IMG/VR virus record: IMGVR_UViG_3300007516_004456 | Span: 1-60,976 of that record | Origin: a virus | Lineage: Duplodnaviria > Caudoviricetes | Length of the DNA stretch: 60,976 nt | Reading direction: 5' to 3' (one strand) | Part shown: piece by piece, positions 8,899-20,200 of the stretch | Layout: each line of letters opens with the position of its first letter | How positions within the stretch are numbered: position 1 is the first letter of the stretch | The notes under the pieces: generated by a model | What the model was told of the DNA's origin: nothing | Databases searched by the model: none | What the model saw: only the letters and a program-made list of their open reading frames with translations | Translations under genes and position numbers: made by a program

Positions 8899-11679
8899 AT
8901 GCCTCAATCGATAGCGATACCTTATATTGACATTTGCTGGGTCATTGACGAATCAGGCTCAATGTCCGGTGAACACGCTTGGATGGCGACAGCTATTCCT
9001 TCTTTAGAGAATGGGTTAGTCAGTATTGGATATAAAGCATCTAATATACAATGGGGATTGGTTGGTTTCGGTCGTGCTGCAAGTAAAGGCGGACCTTTAG
9101 CTCAATTGCACACACAATTAGGCACAATGTCAGATATACTTACCGGAGTTGGTAGACTTTTTACTACTGGATCGAAAGAGGATGGGTATGAGGCTATCAA
9201 GTTTGCCGTAGACAATATGGTTTGGCGAGATTTTTCAGTTAAAGCAATTATTCTAGTGACAGACGAAAATAGAGATATTGAGGACGCTACAGTTACGCAA
9301 TCTAGCTGGATTAACAGTATGAATAGTCGAGGAATTGTTTTAAACTCGATTCTCAACATAGCCATTACTGGTCCAGGAACTCCTCCGGCAGTCATTGGAG
9401 TTTCATCTGACGGAACTGCGTATAGTGAAGACGGTAATGGAGGGTGGACTTCTCAATCTGGACTGTCTTTCAGTATTAATGATGGACCAGGAGGGGCTGG
9501 TTCGGCAGTTGATTATGCAATTCCGACATTAGTTTACGGTGGTGCTGTTTGGTCTTTGCTTATTTTGAGAAGCGGAGGAAAACAAGCATCTTCATTTGCT
9601 TCAGCATTTACTTATGTTAAAGTTCTTGAGATTTCTGGTTCTCCTCCTTCTGAGGAAACCGAATGTGAACATGAGGTATCTCCGGAAAGTATAGCATGGT
9701 TTTGTTTTAAAGAAGAGGAAGAAGATGACAATATAGATACCGTGATAGATACTACTGATTATACTATTCCGGAAGGATCGGGTGGAGTAGACGCAGGTTT
9801 ACATTTTCGTATTACCTTTTACGCTGATCCAAATCGGAGTTCGGTTGTTGATTCTGCGTTTTCTTTGACTGACCAAAACCGATGGTCGTATAGAGACAGT
9901 GATTTAAGTTTGATTTCTTTGCCGGGTTGTGGAATGCCAATTGGCGATCAACGGGTTGTTATTGTTTATAACCCTAAAATTTTGCCTTCACACCTTATTG
10001 AAAAACAACATGAGGTTCCTGTTTCTGCTGACGGGACTTTAGAAAAATCCCTTGTCTGCGGTGTGACTTATTATGTTTCTGTTGATGTTTATTCTGGTAG
10101 TGGTTTTGTTAATGTTCAAGAGTTGACTTATATAGCAAAATGCGGCAATATTCAAAATGAGATAATAAAAATTTATGACGAAGATGCTGCTCGTTGGATT
10201 TGTAGTGGTCAAGGACAATCAGACCAGAGAGTTACGGAAACTTCCAATAATGCATTGTACCCAGCAATCTCAGGGAACTCAAGAGGTCTATTTAAGATGG
10301 CTTGGGAAGATCATCGTTTTACGAGCACTAATGGATTTATTCAGGATCGTAGAATTTATTCTGCTCATTACAATAGTAATCAAGAAACAATGTGGTCATC
10401 TGGACAGGGGTTCCAGGATAATCAGATTGATGCTGATTTTGGGTTCCCAATTATATTGACTGATTTTTTACAAAACTACTATTTACTTTATTCTAGATTG
10501 AATGAGGTTTATGAAAATAGAATAGTTGTTTCTGATGAAGTTGTAGCAGTAGATGTTTCTACTGTTTATGAATCAACTTTACCTGAAGATCAGACACTTT
10601 TAGTGTCTCAGACAGATCGAGATGTTGAGCAGTATTTGAAAATAAGAGTATACGACCAAGACGTGAAAGGCTCTTTTGTTAGATCGGACGAATTTGCAAC
10701 AGTTGTTGTTGAGGATGGTTTAATTCGTTTGGATGTTAACACTTTACCGAATGCATATGCTATCCGTCTCAGAAATGACCAAAATGAAAATTGGACTGAT
10801 TGGTTGCCTTTAGCTCATGGAACGACAAATCAATTGCCTAATGCTCCTGCCTCTCCTTATAAGGATGTCCTTAAACCCCACCAGATCGATTCTGAGCGAT
10901 TTGTTATTCCTTGGGTTCTATCCCCCGGCAATGGAATCAAAAGAGTTTCAGGGCAACTGCTGACGCTTCTGGGGGTTACTAAGTCTTTTTCGATGGAATG
11001 CATGCTTAATATGAAAGAATTAGCATATTCTGTCAAATTTTTCTCTGACTCTAGCCGATTGATTCCTCTTAGCACCTACCAGGGGTCGTCAATCTCTAAA
11101 AGCGGAACTGTTTATATAGAGGTTGAATTTGACGACAAAGATCGTTTAGAAAAGATTACTACTCTTTCTGCTATTAGTGATTACAGTTGGCTCCCTTCTG
11201 ATTTGACGACTGCTATTCTGACGTTCAATGTTGTACAAGAAGGGATAGAGGATCAGTATAATTTAACACTTACTCCTGTTAGTGGTTCTCCTGGAGTTTA
11301 TAGTGGGTCATTTATCGTGTCGGTAAATGATGGAGTGATTAATAAAGATGGAACTTCATTGGTTGTTGTCAATTTGCCTGATCCGTTGCGTAGATTTTTC
11401 TCGCCGAATCAAACAGCAGATACTTTTACCGGAGACAAGAACAGATTGATTTTCGGAGCTGCCGATCCTATTAATGCTATGAACTTACCTTTAATGGGAG
11501 ATAATCGTAGAAATTATCAACCATATTTCAATTCCGTTGATTCTGATACAATAATTAATAAAGATAATCTTGGTAAAGAGAAGACGTCTATGACGTTGGA
11601 TGAATTTAAAAATTTATATAGCACAGATGATCCTCGATTTGTATTTGGAAATCCCAAGCAACAGAGGGAGGATAAGTAA
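8899..11679 (+). CDS. vWA-domain putative virion protein (926 aa) with a shared Ig-like domain and WEDxR propeller blades
   Basis: MIDAS DICWVIDESGSM, GSKEDGYEAI and IILVTDE at ~8930-9640; LHFRITFYADPNR domain; FKMAWEDHR blade; WVLSPGNGIKRV Ig-like strand. Confidence 0.8.
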   Translation: MPQSIAIPYIDICWVIDESGSMSGEHAWMATAIPSLENGLVSIGYKASNIQWGLVGFGRAASKGGPLAQLHTQLGTMSDILTGVGRLFTTGSKEDGYEAIKFAVDNMVWRDFSVKAIILVTDENRDIEDATVTQSSWINSMNSRGIVLNSILNIAITGPGTPPAVIGVSSDGTAYSEDGNGGWTSQSGLSFSINDGPGGAGSAVDYAIPTLVYGGAVWSLLILRSGGKQASSFASAFTYVKVLEISGSPPSEETECEHEVSPESIAWFCFKEEEEDDNIDTVIDTTDYTIPEGSGGVDAGLHFRITFYADPNRSSVVDSAFSLTDQNRWSYRDSDLSLISLPGCGMPIGDQRVVIVYNPKILPSHLIEKQHEVPVSADGTLEKSLVCGVTYYVSVDVYSGSGFVNVQELTYIAKCGNIQNEIIKIYDEDAARWICSGQGQSDQRVTETSNNALYPAISGNSRGLFKMAWEDHRFTSTNGFIQDRRIYSAHYNSNQETMWSSGQGFQDNQIDADFGFPIILTDFLQNYYLLYSRLNEVYENRIVVSDEVVAVDVSTVYESTLPEDQTLLVSQTDRDVEQYLKIRVYDQDVKGSFVRSDEFATVVVEDGLIRLDVNTLPNAYAIRLRNDQNENWTDWLPLAHGTTNQLPNAPASPYKDVLKPHQIDSERFVIPWVLSPGNGIKRVSGQLLTLLGVTKSFSMECMLNMKELAYSVKFFSDSSRLIPLSTYQGSSISKSGTVYIEVEFDDKDRLEKITTLSAISDYSWLPSDLTTAILTFNVVQEGIEDQYNLTLTPVSGSPGVYSGSFIVSVNDGVINKDGTSLVVVNLPDPLRRFFSPNQTADTFTGDKNRLIFGAADPINAMNLPLMGDNRRNYQPYFNSVDSDTIINKDNLGKEKTSMTLDEFKNLYSTDDPRFVFGNPKQQREDK

Positions 11680-13136
11680 TGAGCGAGCTTGATACTAGTA
11701 GCGTTGAGCCGGTTATATCTATCTCTAGTCCTCATGGAGGCGAGAGTATTTTCGAGCGACAAATCACTGTGCAATGGCAACCAAATGTGTTGCCTGATAC
11801 TTATTTTGGTGGATTCTATGAGATTTTCTATACCGATAATTATCGTTTGGACGAAGAGAACGATTGGCGAATTATAGGGACAGCACCTTTTGCTTCATCG
11901 TCATATCAATGGGTGTTGCCGAACGGTTTATATAGCGATAGATGCCGTCTGTCTATACGAGTTAGATTTAGAGATGCAAGTTGGGGTCGCATGTCGGTCT
12001 CTCCTGGGGATTTTGCAATTCGTAGAAAAATTATTCACGCTCCTACATTTGTGTCTCCTTTATCTAATTCTCATTACGAACAAGTAGTGCCAATAGTGTT
12101 TGATTCGGCGGCGATCAGAAATAGTGCTTCTAGAAATGCGTACTATTATGTTTTTTATGATAGTGAAAAGAAAGGGATTGATTGGCGTCAGATAGGAAGA
12201 GAATTACGAGTTGGAGAAACTTTATTTTGGGATGTGTCTGTACTACCGTCGTCTAACGACTATAGGTTAAGAGCATTTCTTGTTGATGGTGTAGGAAATA
12301 GGTCGAAAGGCGTTTTTGTTAACAATATAAGTATAGGACATAAAGGAAGGTTAATTGTTGATACGGTAGCACCTCAAGGAAGTATTGTTGTAGCTAATAG
12401 ACAGCAGTATGTTCGTGAACGAGATGTTATTCTTCAATTGTTTGCAATAGACGAGCTAACCGGAGTTGCTTCCGCTGAGATTACTGAGACTAACGTAACC
12501 GATAATACTACCACAAATTCCGAAGAACCACATGCTCAGGTTAAGAGCTGGACTCTTAGTGAAAACGATGGACGTAAACGATTACAGGCTGTTTTCACGG
12601 ATAATGCTGGAAATAAACTCAGTAGTTCAGTATACAAGTATGCAAGAACTTATTTTGACGTTAATGCTGAGATTATTGATATAGTTAAATTAACTGACGA
12701 TATTTATGTTTTAGTTTCTGGTTCTTCGCCGGCATTATATCAAGGACAGAATATTTGGCTTACTCTATCGGACACTCCAACGGCAATGGAAGTCTATTCT
12801 GGAACTATATATATTGGGACTAGAAACTCTATTAATAGAGGAAAATTGAGCATAGTTAGTGGGTCAGATATTATAGAGGCAATTGAGTTTACGTCTAATG
12901 ATTCATCTATTAATGCTATGGAGGTTATTGATACAACTCTTTATATGGGATTACAGAATGGAATGTTGTATTCTTATGATGGAACATCGTTTACTCTATT
13001 AACTACTTTTGGATTTAAAATAGCAACTCTTGTTGCTAAGGATGATGTTTTAATTATTGGTTTTGAAAATTCTTCGGATATTTATGTGTATGATGGTATG
13101 TCGTTTGTTCTAGCAGAGGTATTGAATGGCAGTTAA
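11679..13136 (+). CDS. Putative virion protein (485 aa): tandem Ig/FN3-like domains, a DTxAP-type Ig domain and a C-terminal beta-propeller
   Basis: SPHGGE..ITVQW..YQWVLP (Kre9/GPI-anchored-like Ig pattern); DTVAPQGSI..DELTGV..WTLSENDGRKRL..DNAGN; propeller blades (INAMEVIDTTLYMG..LYSYDG). 1-nt overlap with the upstream stop. Confidence 0.7.
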   Translation: MSELDTSSVEPVISISSPHGGESIFERQITVQWQPNVLPDTYFGGFYEIFYTDNYRLDEENDWRIIGTAPFASSSYQWVLPNGLYSDRCRLSIRVRFRDASWGRMSVSPGDFAIRRKIIHAPTFVSPLSNSHYEQVVPIVFDSAAIRNSASRNAYYYVFYDSEKKGIDWRQIGRELRVGETLFWDVSVLPSSNDYRLRAFLVDGVGNRSKGVFVNNISIGHKGRLIVDTVAPQGSIVVANRQQYVRERDVILQLFAIDELTGVASAEITETNVTDNTTTNSEEPHAQVKSWTLSENDGRKRLQAVFTDNAGNKLSSSVYKYARTYFDVNAEIIDIVKLTDDIYVLVSGSSPALYQGQNIWLTLSDTPTAMEVYSGTIYIGTRNSINRGKLSIVSGSDIIEAIEFTSNDSSINAMEVIDTTLYMGLQNGMLYSYDGTSFTLLTTFGFKIATLVAKDDVLIIGFENSSDIYVYDGMSFVLAEVLNGS

Positions 13137-14109
13137 TAAATCGGATATTAAATACTATTTAACTAGCTTAGAGGAAAGTATAGCGCAATCTTATGGTTCG
13201 CAATCTATAGGCGGATATATCAGCACAACGTTGTTATATCCGGAAACTACTTTATCTGTGGCATCTGTTCTTACTACAGATACGACTTCTTTTAGCCTGA
13301 CTAATATTACTAATTTTTCTGGGTTGGAATACGTCGGAATAAACAATGAGGTAATTCAAGTTCCTTCTATTAGTAGCACTTCAATAGATGCAACTACTCG
13401 ATCTTTAAACGAAAGAGTTAATGCTCATGATAATTTAGATAGAGTATGGGGATTATCTAGGAGCGGGTTATTTAATACTCAATTTAATGTTGAACGTAAA
13501 CAATTTCGTTGTATTGCCATTAAGAATACCTCTACTACTGAGACGGCGTTTGGATTGACTATCTATTTACTTAGTAATAGTTATAACCAGTCATCTAATA
13601 TTCGTATTGCTATAGAAACACCTCAAGCAGACTATGAATCAAGCTCAGCAACGGGAGGTTCGGAGATTCAATTGATTGATAGTTCGTTAATTGGACAGTT
13701 TCTAGATGACCATTTTGAGGATTGTTTACTATCTATGACGAGTGGTAGTAATTCCGGTCAGGCTCGTATCGTTTCTTCTTTTGATTCTGCTACTGGAACT
13801 TTTGTTCTAGATTCGTCGATGCCTTCTGATATAGAATCAGGTGATACCTATACGATTGATCCTACTCCTGCTCAAAGATTGGCTTCTGGAATTATATCTC
13901 CATCTATTAATTCTGGTTTAGTTACAACGTTCCAGTCTCCTTCTGCCGCATCTCCTTTAGGTATTAATGTTAACGGAGAGCGAGATCATGGTGATGATTT
14001 GCAAGCGAATGATGTTATCTATGTCTGGATTGAAAGAACTTTAGTGAAAAACGCAATGTCTAAAAATGCGAATTCTGGTATGATAGGAATTCGCTATTCG
14101 GATACATAA
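13126..14109 (+). CDS. Putative virion structural protein (327 aa) with an inserted module
   Basis: Host pattern SIGGYIS..LFN..QFRCIAIKN..GDDLQANDVIYVWIERT resembles a recurrent phage structural-protein pattern. Inserted module ATGGS..LIDSSL..DDHF..MTSGSNSGQARIVSSFD..GDTYTI at ~13645-13860. Confidence 0.65.
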   Translation: MAVNKSDIKYYLTSLEESIAQSYGSQSIGGYISTTLLYPETTLSVASVLTTDTTSFSLTNITNFSGLEYVGINNEVIQVPSISSTSIDATTRSLNERVNAHDNLDRVWGLSRSGLFNTQFNVERKQFRCIAIKNTSTTETAFGLTIYLLSNSYNQSSNIRIAIETPQADYESSSATGGSEIQLIDSSLIGQFLDDHFEDCLLSMTSGSNSGQARIVSSFDSATGTFVLDSSMPSDIESGDTYTIDPTPAQRLASGIISPSINSGLVTTFQSPSAASPLGINVNGERDHGDDLQANDVIYVWIERTLVKNAMSKNANSGMIGIRYSDT

Positions 14110-14110
14110 T

Positions 14111-15100
14111 ATGGCTTGGAATACTAATTTAAAACTTTTTCTTTCATTTTCATCAATCAATATTATTGATGAGGTTGATGGTGGTGTTTTTTCTGCGGTT
14201 GGAGATCAAAATATTGAGATCGATAGTGTTCGTGGGATGCAGATGAAACGAAGTCAAAGCATATCTGGTTCTACTGATTTGGATATTCCTGGAACGGGGT
14301 TAGCGTCTGTCGCTTTTTGGTTATATTCAACAAATCCTGGACTTGCTAGAAATCCGTCTACTGGAGATTTAGAACCGATTCAGATGCCTATTTTTGATGT
14401 TTTCGTTGACGGTGTTGATTTTGTTATGTTGGCCTATGAGGAAACTCAGCTAAGCGGTAACAATGTTCTTGTATTTAAGGCGTGGGATTCTAGTGAAGTA
14501 GAATATACGGTTACAAGCAGTGAATATACTGTTGATCGTTGGCATCATTTTACTTTGATCGTAGACGGATCAGGGTCGGCGACAATGACTATTGTTATTG
14601 ATGGGCTTACTGATATTTCTACAGGTGGTCTTCTTGCGGATTTGAATACTGGTTCTTCATATACTACTTCTATTAACAGATATGCTCCGGGAAATATATA
14701 TCAAAAGATTGGCAATACAGGAATAATTGATGATTTTTTGTTTTTTAATACAAATTTAGCAACAACAGCGATAGCGGAATTAATATATGCTGGTCCGGAA
14801 TTTGTTTATGATACACAGTACGCAGACGATCATGAAATTTATTTACCATTGATCTATGATGATCCCTATGCAGTTACAACTTCTGCTTTTATTTCGGATG
14901 GTGTGCAATTACATGCAACTCGTTCTGATGGCTTATTGCTTTCTGGAGAGAGGATTCTATGGCAGCGACGTTTACGTTTTGATGGACAAAATATTGATGA
15001 AAATGATTTGCCAAAAGATATATCGATAAATGGTGCTGGCGTAGTATTTGGGAATAATAGTATTAAGATTACGGATGGGATAATATCTCTACACAAATGA
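14111..15100 (+). CDS. LamG/concanavalin A-like lectin domain protein (329 aa)
   Basis: SVAFWLY, DRWHHFTLIVDG, IVIDG, GIIDDFLFFNTNL are LamG-like hallmarks. Confidence 0.75.
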   Translation: MAWNTNLKLFLSFSSINIIDEVDGGVFSAVGDQNIEIDSVRGMQMKRSQSISGSTDLDIPGTGLASVAFWLYSTNPGLARNPSTGDLEPIQMPIFDVFVDGVDFVMLAYEETQLSGNNVLVFKAWDSSEVEYTVTSSEYTVDRWHHFTLIVDGSGSATMTIVIDGLTDISTGGLLADLNTGSSYTTSINRYAPGNIYQKIGNTGIIDDFLFFNTNLATTAIAELIYAGPEFVYDTQYADDHEIYLPLIYDDPYAVTTSAFISDGVQLHATRSDGLLLSGERILWQRRLRFDGQNIDENDLPKDISINGAGVVFGNNSIKITDGIISLHK

Positions 15101-17199
15101 GTATACAGATTACATCATATATTAATGGACAGAATGCATCATCTTCTGTGATTCGAGTAACAGATCAAAGGGTTACGGTGTCATGGGTAGTGGTTCAGGA
15201 CGTTATTCTGATCCCAAGCGAATACGCTCTTGAGACAGATACAACTAATCAAACTGGTTATGAGATTCGCATTGGAACAAGCTTGACTAATTGGGGAGTG
15301 TCTGCTTTTATTGGAGATCTTTATCAAAGCGGAGTTGAAGTTTCTGTTGAACAGCAAGTTGCTAGAGACTTTGTTAATTTAACTAGAGGCGTTCTTTACT
15401 ATGGACAGGTACGTCTTTATGACGATGCAGGGCGAACAAGTGATTGGGATACATTCCAGTTTAGATTTAATACGCTTCCGGAATTATCATCTGTTTCAAT
15501 AAGCCCTGACGATCCATCGTTAGATACAGACATAGATCTGCAATATGAATTTAATGCTATTGATGTGACTGCTACTGGAACAGTTTTGACTCGTTGGTAT
15601 AGAGATGGACAGCGACAGCAACATCTAGACAATGCTTTAAGTGTTAATTCTCGCTTTCTGAGATACGGAGACACCTGGTCCGTTGATGTATTTCCATATG
15701 ACGGATATCAATCTGGTCCTCGTATGAGTACTCAGGCTGTTACTGTTGCTACCTCATCTCCTGTTGCTTCCAATGTTCAGATTTTACCTGAAAATCCTAA
15801 TGAAAACGATATTCTTAAGGCGGATTTTACTTTTGCTGGCGACATAGAAGAAGATAATAGTAGAATTAGATGGTTTGTTAATGATTCTCAGATTACATCC
15901 GAGAATGACAAACAGTATGTAAGGTTAAATTTTTCTGCTGGAGATATTGTCCGTTGCGAAGTTCAACCTTTTGATGGTTATTCTTTAGGATATTCTATTA
16001 GTTCATCAGAGGTTACGATTTTAGCATCTTCGTTTTTTGTTTATAATATTAGAATAAATGGGGATATTAATACACAAAATGTTTCATCACAACAACCATT
16101 AATTTCTTGGGATGTACGATCTCCTGTAAATAGATCTCATCAATATGCATCGGTTAGAATAGGTTCATTCTATGGAGACGGAAGTGCATATTCTGAGGTT
16201 TTGGAAATTGATGGTAATGAAGTTTCTATACCTGTAAATACGCTTGAACGAGGTAGAGATTATTATGTTGCAGTCTCGGTAAGTGACACAACGACTTTTG
16301 ATCGTTATGCATTTGCTAAATTTTCAACTATTGGTTCACGATGGGCGGAAGAAGTTTCTAATAGTACCGGCTGGACAATGGAAACAGTTTTTGAGATAGT
16401 CAGTGGTAGCGATAATAATGAAAATAGACAGATTGTTAGAATCAGCGATGGGTCGAAATTTGCTGAAATAAAAATTCATCCCAATAGAATATCTTTGTTA
16501 TCTAGTGAATTGACAGAGAGTCTAACTCAAACAATGACGGGATCTAAAACATTAACTGTCGCAGGGCATGGTAGTGATATTAAAGTTTATCTAGATAGTG
16601 ATTTAGTAATAGATGGAACCGGACTATTTAATCAAATAGATAACGAAAGAGTGCTTGAATTTGGAACACAGAGCGAAAATAAATTAGGAGTTCGTTATTA
16701 TGCTTTCCAGTATTCAACGGCTGGGTCGTTTGAGCCTGGAATATCATCGCAATATAATTCATTGCAGTTCTACCCGTTAATTTCTTTTGGAGATGTTGAT
16801 GCAATTGCATCTGCTAGCGAGTTAGATGATGATGAGGTTAATATCTTCGTTGCCGTAAACAATAAGGAAGAAGGTTCTTCGACTATTTATAGTATAGAAA
16901 AGTATCAGCAAGCAGTTACTTTGCCAACTGTTCCTCGTACGTTAACTCCTGTTTATTCTATTTCTCGATCTCCTGATGGTAAATATGCATTTTTAGGACA
17001 TGCGAGAGGAGCAAGTCGCATTAAGGGATATGCCATACCTGCTTGGGACTATTCTGTAGACCTGACATCTAATGGGTCGGAGGCTACTATGGCATCTGGA
17101 TGGAGACTAGTACAGAATGTAGGTTCTAATGTTTCAAGTTTTGATTCTGATGGATTGGAGATTGATACGACCTTTTCTAATGTAGGGGCAATAACTTAA
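15097..17199 (+). CDS. Putative virion protein (700 aa): FN3-like domain, two 'ISP..P..RW(Y/F)..GD..V.P(Y/F)DG' Ig-like repeats and a lectin-like domain
   Basis: YYGQVRLYDDAGRTSDW (FN3-like). Repeats NTLPELSSVSISPDDP..TRWYRDG..GDTWSVDVFPYDG and PVASNVQILPENP..IRWFVND..GDIVRCEVQPFDG. RWAEEVSNSTGWTME lectin-like domain. ATGA overlap with the upstream gene. Confidence 0.75.
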   Translation: MSIQITSYINGQNASSSVIRVTDQRVTVSWVVVQDVILIPSEYALETDTTNQTGYEIRIGTSLTNWGVSAFIGDLYQSGVEVSVEQQVARDFVNLTRGVLYYGQVRLYDDAGRTSDWDTFQFRFNTLPELSSVSISPDDPSLDTDIDLQYEFNAIDVTATGTVLTRWYRDGQRQQHLDNALSVNSRFLRYGDTWSVDVFPYDGYQSGPRMSTQAVTVATSSPVASNVQILPENPNENDILKADFTFAGDIEEDNSRIRWFVNDSQITSENDKQYVRLNFSAGDIVRCEVQPFDGYSLGYSISSSEVTILASSFFVYNIRINGDINTQNVSSQQPLISWDVRSPVNRSHQYASVRIGSFYGDGSAYSEVLEIDGNEVSIPVNTLERGRDYYVAVSVSDTTTFDRYAFAKFSTIGSRWAEEVSNSTGWTMETVFEIVSGSDNNENRQIVRISDGSKFAEIKIHPNRISLLSSELTESLTQTMTGSKTLTVAGHGSDIKVYLDSDLVIDGTGLFNQIDNERVLEFGTQSENKLGVRYYAFQYSTAGSFEPGISSQYNSLQFYPLISFGDVDAIASASELDDDEVNIFVAVNNKEEGSSTIYSIEKYQQAVTLPTVPRTLTPVYSISRSPDGKYAFLGHARGASRIKGYAIPAWDYSVDLTSNGSEATMASGWRLVQNVGSNVSSFDSDGLEIDTTFSNVGAIT

Positions 17200-17211
17200 T
17201 GAGGTCAGATT

Positions 17212-20200
17212 ATGACTGATATCATCGACGATAGATTAGAACCAACATGTGAAGATCCTTCACAGGATTCTACTGAATATTGTTATTTTGGAGACCTTAG
17301 TGTCGATCAGTACAGCTCGATTCATGGAGGTAAGTGGTATTACGCTCATGACAAGCCAGGTACTCCATGGCATGATCGTGTTGACAATACGAAAGGTTGG
17401 ACGTTTGATTTTACGCTGCGTGTTATTGCCGTGGAAAACAGCGAAGGTTTAACTGAGACGGTAAAACCTGACGGGTTAGGTGTTTATGTAAACGACGGCA
17501 CAGCAATGGAAGTTCTTTACTTTTTTACACAAGAGATTGTTTTCGAAAATGCAGATGTAAAAATTTTATACGACACGACTGCGTTAACTGATTATCGATT
17601 GCTTGGTAAAGGGAATGGTTTGCAATTATTTGCTAAATCTAATACTGAGGTTCAATATAAATTAATTGCTGATGTTCCGTTTAAAGAGACGGCTTCCGTT
17701 GAGGATAATTCTAGCAAAGCTGCTCAGGTTGTTGATACAAATGGAGATATTCATGCAGTTTGGCAAAATGATGGTGGAGGTTTGTCTAAAATTTATTATG
17801 CTAAATACACAAACAGCACATGGTCCGATCCTGAATTGTTGCTATCCGATGAATTCAACTCATTAAATCCAGATTTGACTGTTGATTCTCGTGGCTTTTT
17901 GTATTTAGTATATGAGTCTCGTCGAGGGGAACAATCTACTGTTGGTTTTATGTACAAAAATTTGATCGGTTGGAGCTCTCCTGAATTTTTAGGAGGAGCT
18001 GCTGATTGGGCGGTTAATCCGTCTATAGCGGTAGATAGTAATGATAATGTTCATATTGTGTGGGAAGATGATAGATTATTACATCCTGAAATCTTTTATG
18101 CTCGCAGACTTCGACAGACAGGGACATGGGACAGCGTTTACGCTGATCCTTACACTGGCGGTTTTGGAGAACATGAAGCAGTTCATAGAGCTACACAAAC
18201 TGATTTAGGGGCATTTAGACCATCGATTACAACTTATCACCAGAGAGTATATATCAGTTATACAGAAAAGCTTTCTGACGATACTAGCACAATATCTTTA
18301 ATGGAATACAGTCAAACTACGGAATCTTGGTCCGGTCCTGTTGATGTAATCAATGGAGAATATGCGGCTCGTCGAGCGGATCATTCTGATATTCTTTCTC
18401 ATGTTAGTGGTAATATATTTGTTGTTTGGCAGGATGATACTACAGGAGTAGAAGAGATTTACAGTGCTACACTCTATTCTAGCATGCTGTTCATGAATGC
18501 TGCGATACAGTTAACGGATGCAGGAACCATTGCTTATCGCCATCCGAAATTATCAATGCATTCGACGAATGGAAATTTGTATGTAGTTTGGTATGGAGAA
18601 TCTCTAACAGCAGAAATAGGAGCTGTTATAAACGACGACACTCTATTGTCATCGGGTAATTCTGCAATCTATTTAGCTTCATATGATTATCTTAATAATG
18701 ATTGGCGTAGTAGTAATCAAGGGGAATATGATACCATATTCACAACCGTAAAAGATAGAAGGGCAATGTCTCCTGCTGTTCCTAACAGTTTTACTGGATC
18801 ATTGCATATTTTGTACGATGCAATAGAATCCGAATCTGGTGGTGACGGATATCTGCCACAGACTGAATTTTATTCTGAAATTTATGATGGTATTTATGAC
18901 TTGTCGGAGGTAGAAACATTCGCATTTGTAGACGAAGAATACGTTGAAAGAGACATACAGATAAGCGGTCAAGGTTTACGGAAAGAGATTAGGTTTGGTG
19001 ACTTTTCCAATGTTTTGAGTTGTAATTTTATCTTTGAAAATATAAATTACTATCTTGGAGATGCTGTTAACCCTTTAGAAGTTCTTGCAATTTCCCCAAA
19101 ACAATTTGGGTTTGATGAAATGAGGGTTTTCGATTCTGTTGTTAACAATTATGGTGATGCATGGTTAGCGACAACAAAGGGTTTGATATTTTTTTATAAT
19201 TCAGATAATACAATATATCGTCCATCGAATTTAACTTCAGAAATTATTCGTGGGGTTGCTTTTTCTAGTGATAATGTTATATTTTGTGTCGCATTAGGAC
19301 GTAAAATATATTACAGTACAGATCATGCAACATTTGTAGAATTGACAGGTCACGCTTTGACAGATAATGACGACGGAGAGATTACTAGTATCGCTTTTGA
19401 CGATCAAAATCGTATGATTTTAGGTATGGAAAAAGGTATTAGAATTTTTAATATTATTGTAACCAATGAGTTTGATAATGTTTTATCTATTACTGGGTCG
19501 AAAGAAACTATTTCTGAGGTCGAAGGGGAATATGTAACATGTGTTGAGTCTGATGTAAATAACGTTATTTGGATTGGAACTAAAAATGGATTGGTTCGAT
19601 TGTTTAAATCCAATACATTGCGATTTACAACAAATCAGGGGTTGCAGTCAAATTATATAAATGGAATTGCTTTGCGTAGCCCATCTATTCGCTATATAGC
19701 AACTAGATCGGGAATAGCTCGTATGGTTGGATCTAGTATAGACTCAATGGATTCGAGCAATGTTGATATTTTATCCAATAATGTTAAAGCCGTTTCTTGG
19801 ACTGATCCAGATATCCTTTGGGCTTCCACGCTGTCTTACGTTAATCAAATTAAGGTTGATGATTTTGATGGCAATCACACTGTTGTGCGATATGGACCTA
19901 GCGATTATTCTTTGGAGTCGGATGCTTTCGATGACCAAAGAACATTTTTTATTAACGTAGAAGGTTCTGCTTTTGAAAATGTCAGTATCCCAGAAAATGC
20001 AGTTGTTGAGATTTATTTAAATGGAAACAAGATAGATTTTGGATATGAATTATCAAGAAGTCAAAAGGTTTTGCGATTTTTAATGGATTTGCAATCATCT
20101 GATATTATTGATGTTGTAATACGAAATGATGTTAAGATTTACACTTCGTTATCACAAAATAGAGCTGCCGTTGCATCTCAGGGGGCAAAGACTATTGAAG

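Noticed and set aside
17197-17214. Programmed stop-codon readthrough joining the 700-aa and 1923-aa ORFs
   Set aside because: Two consecutive stops (TAA TGA) and an SD-like GAGGT before the ATG favour separate translation; kept only as a gene-fission observation.
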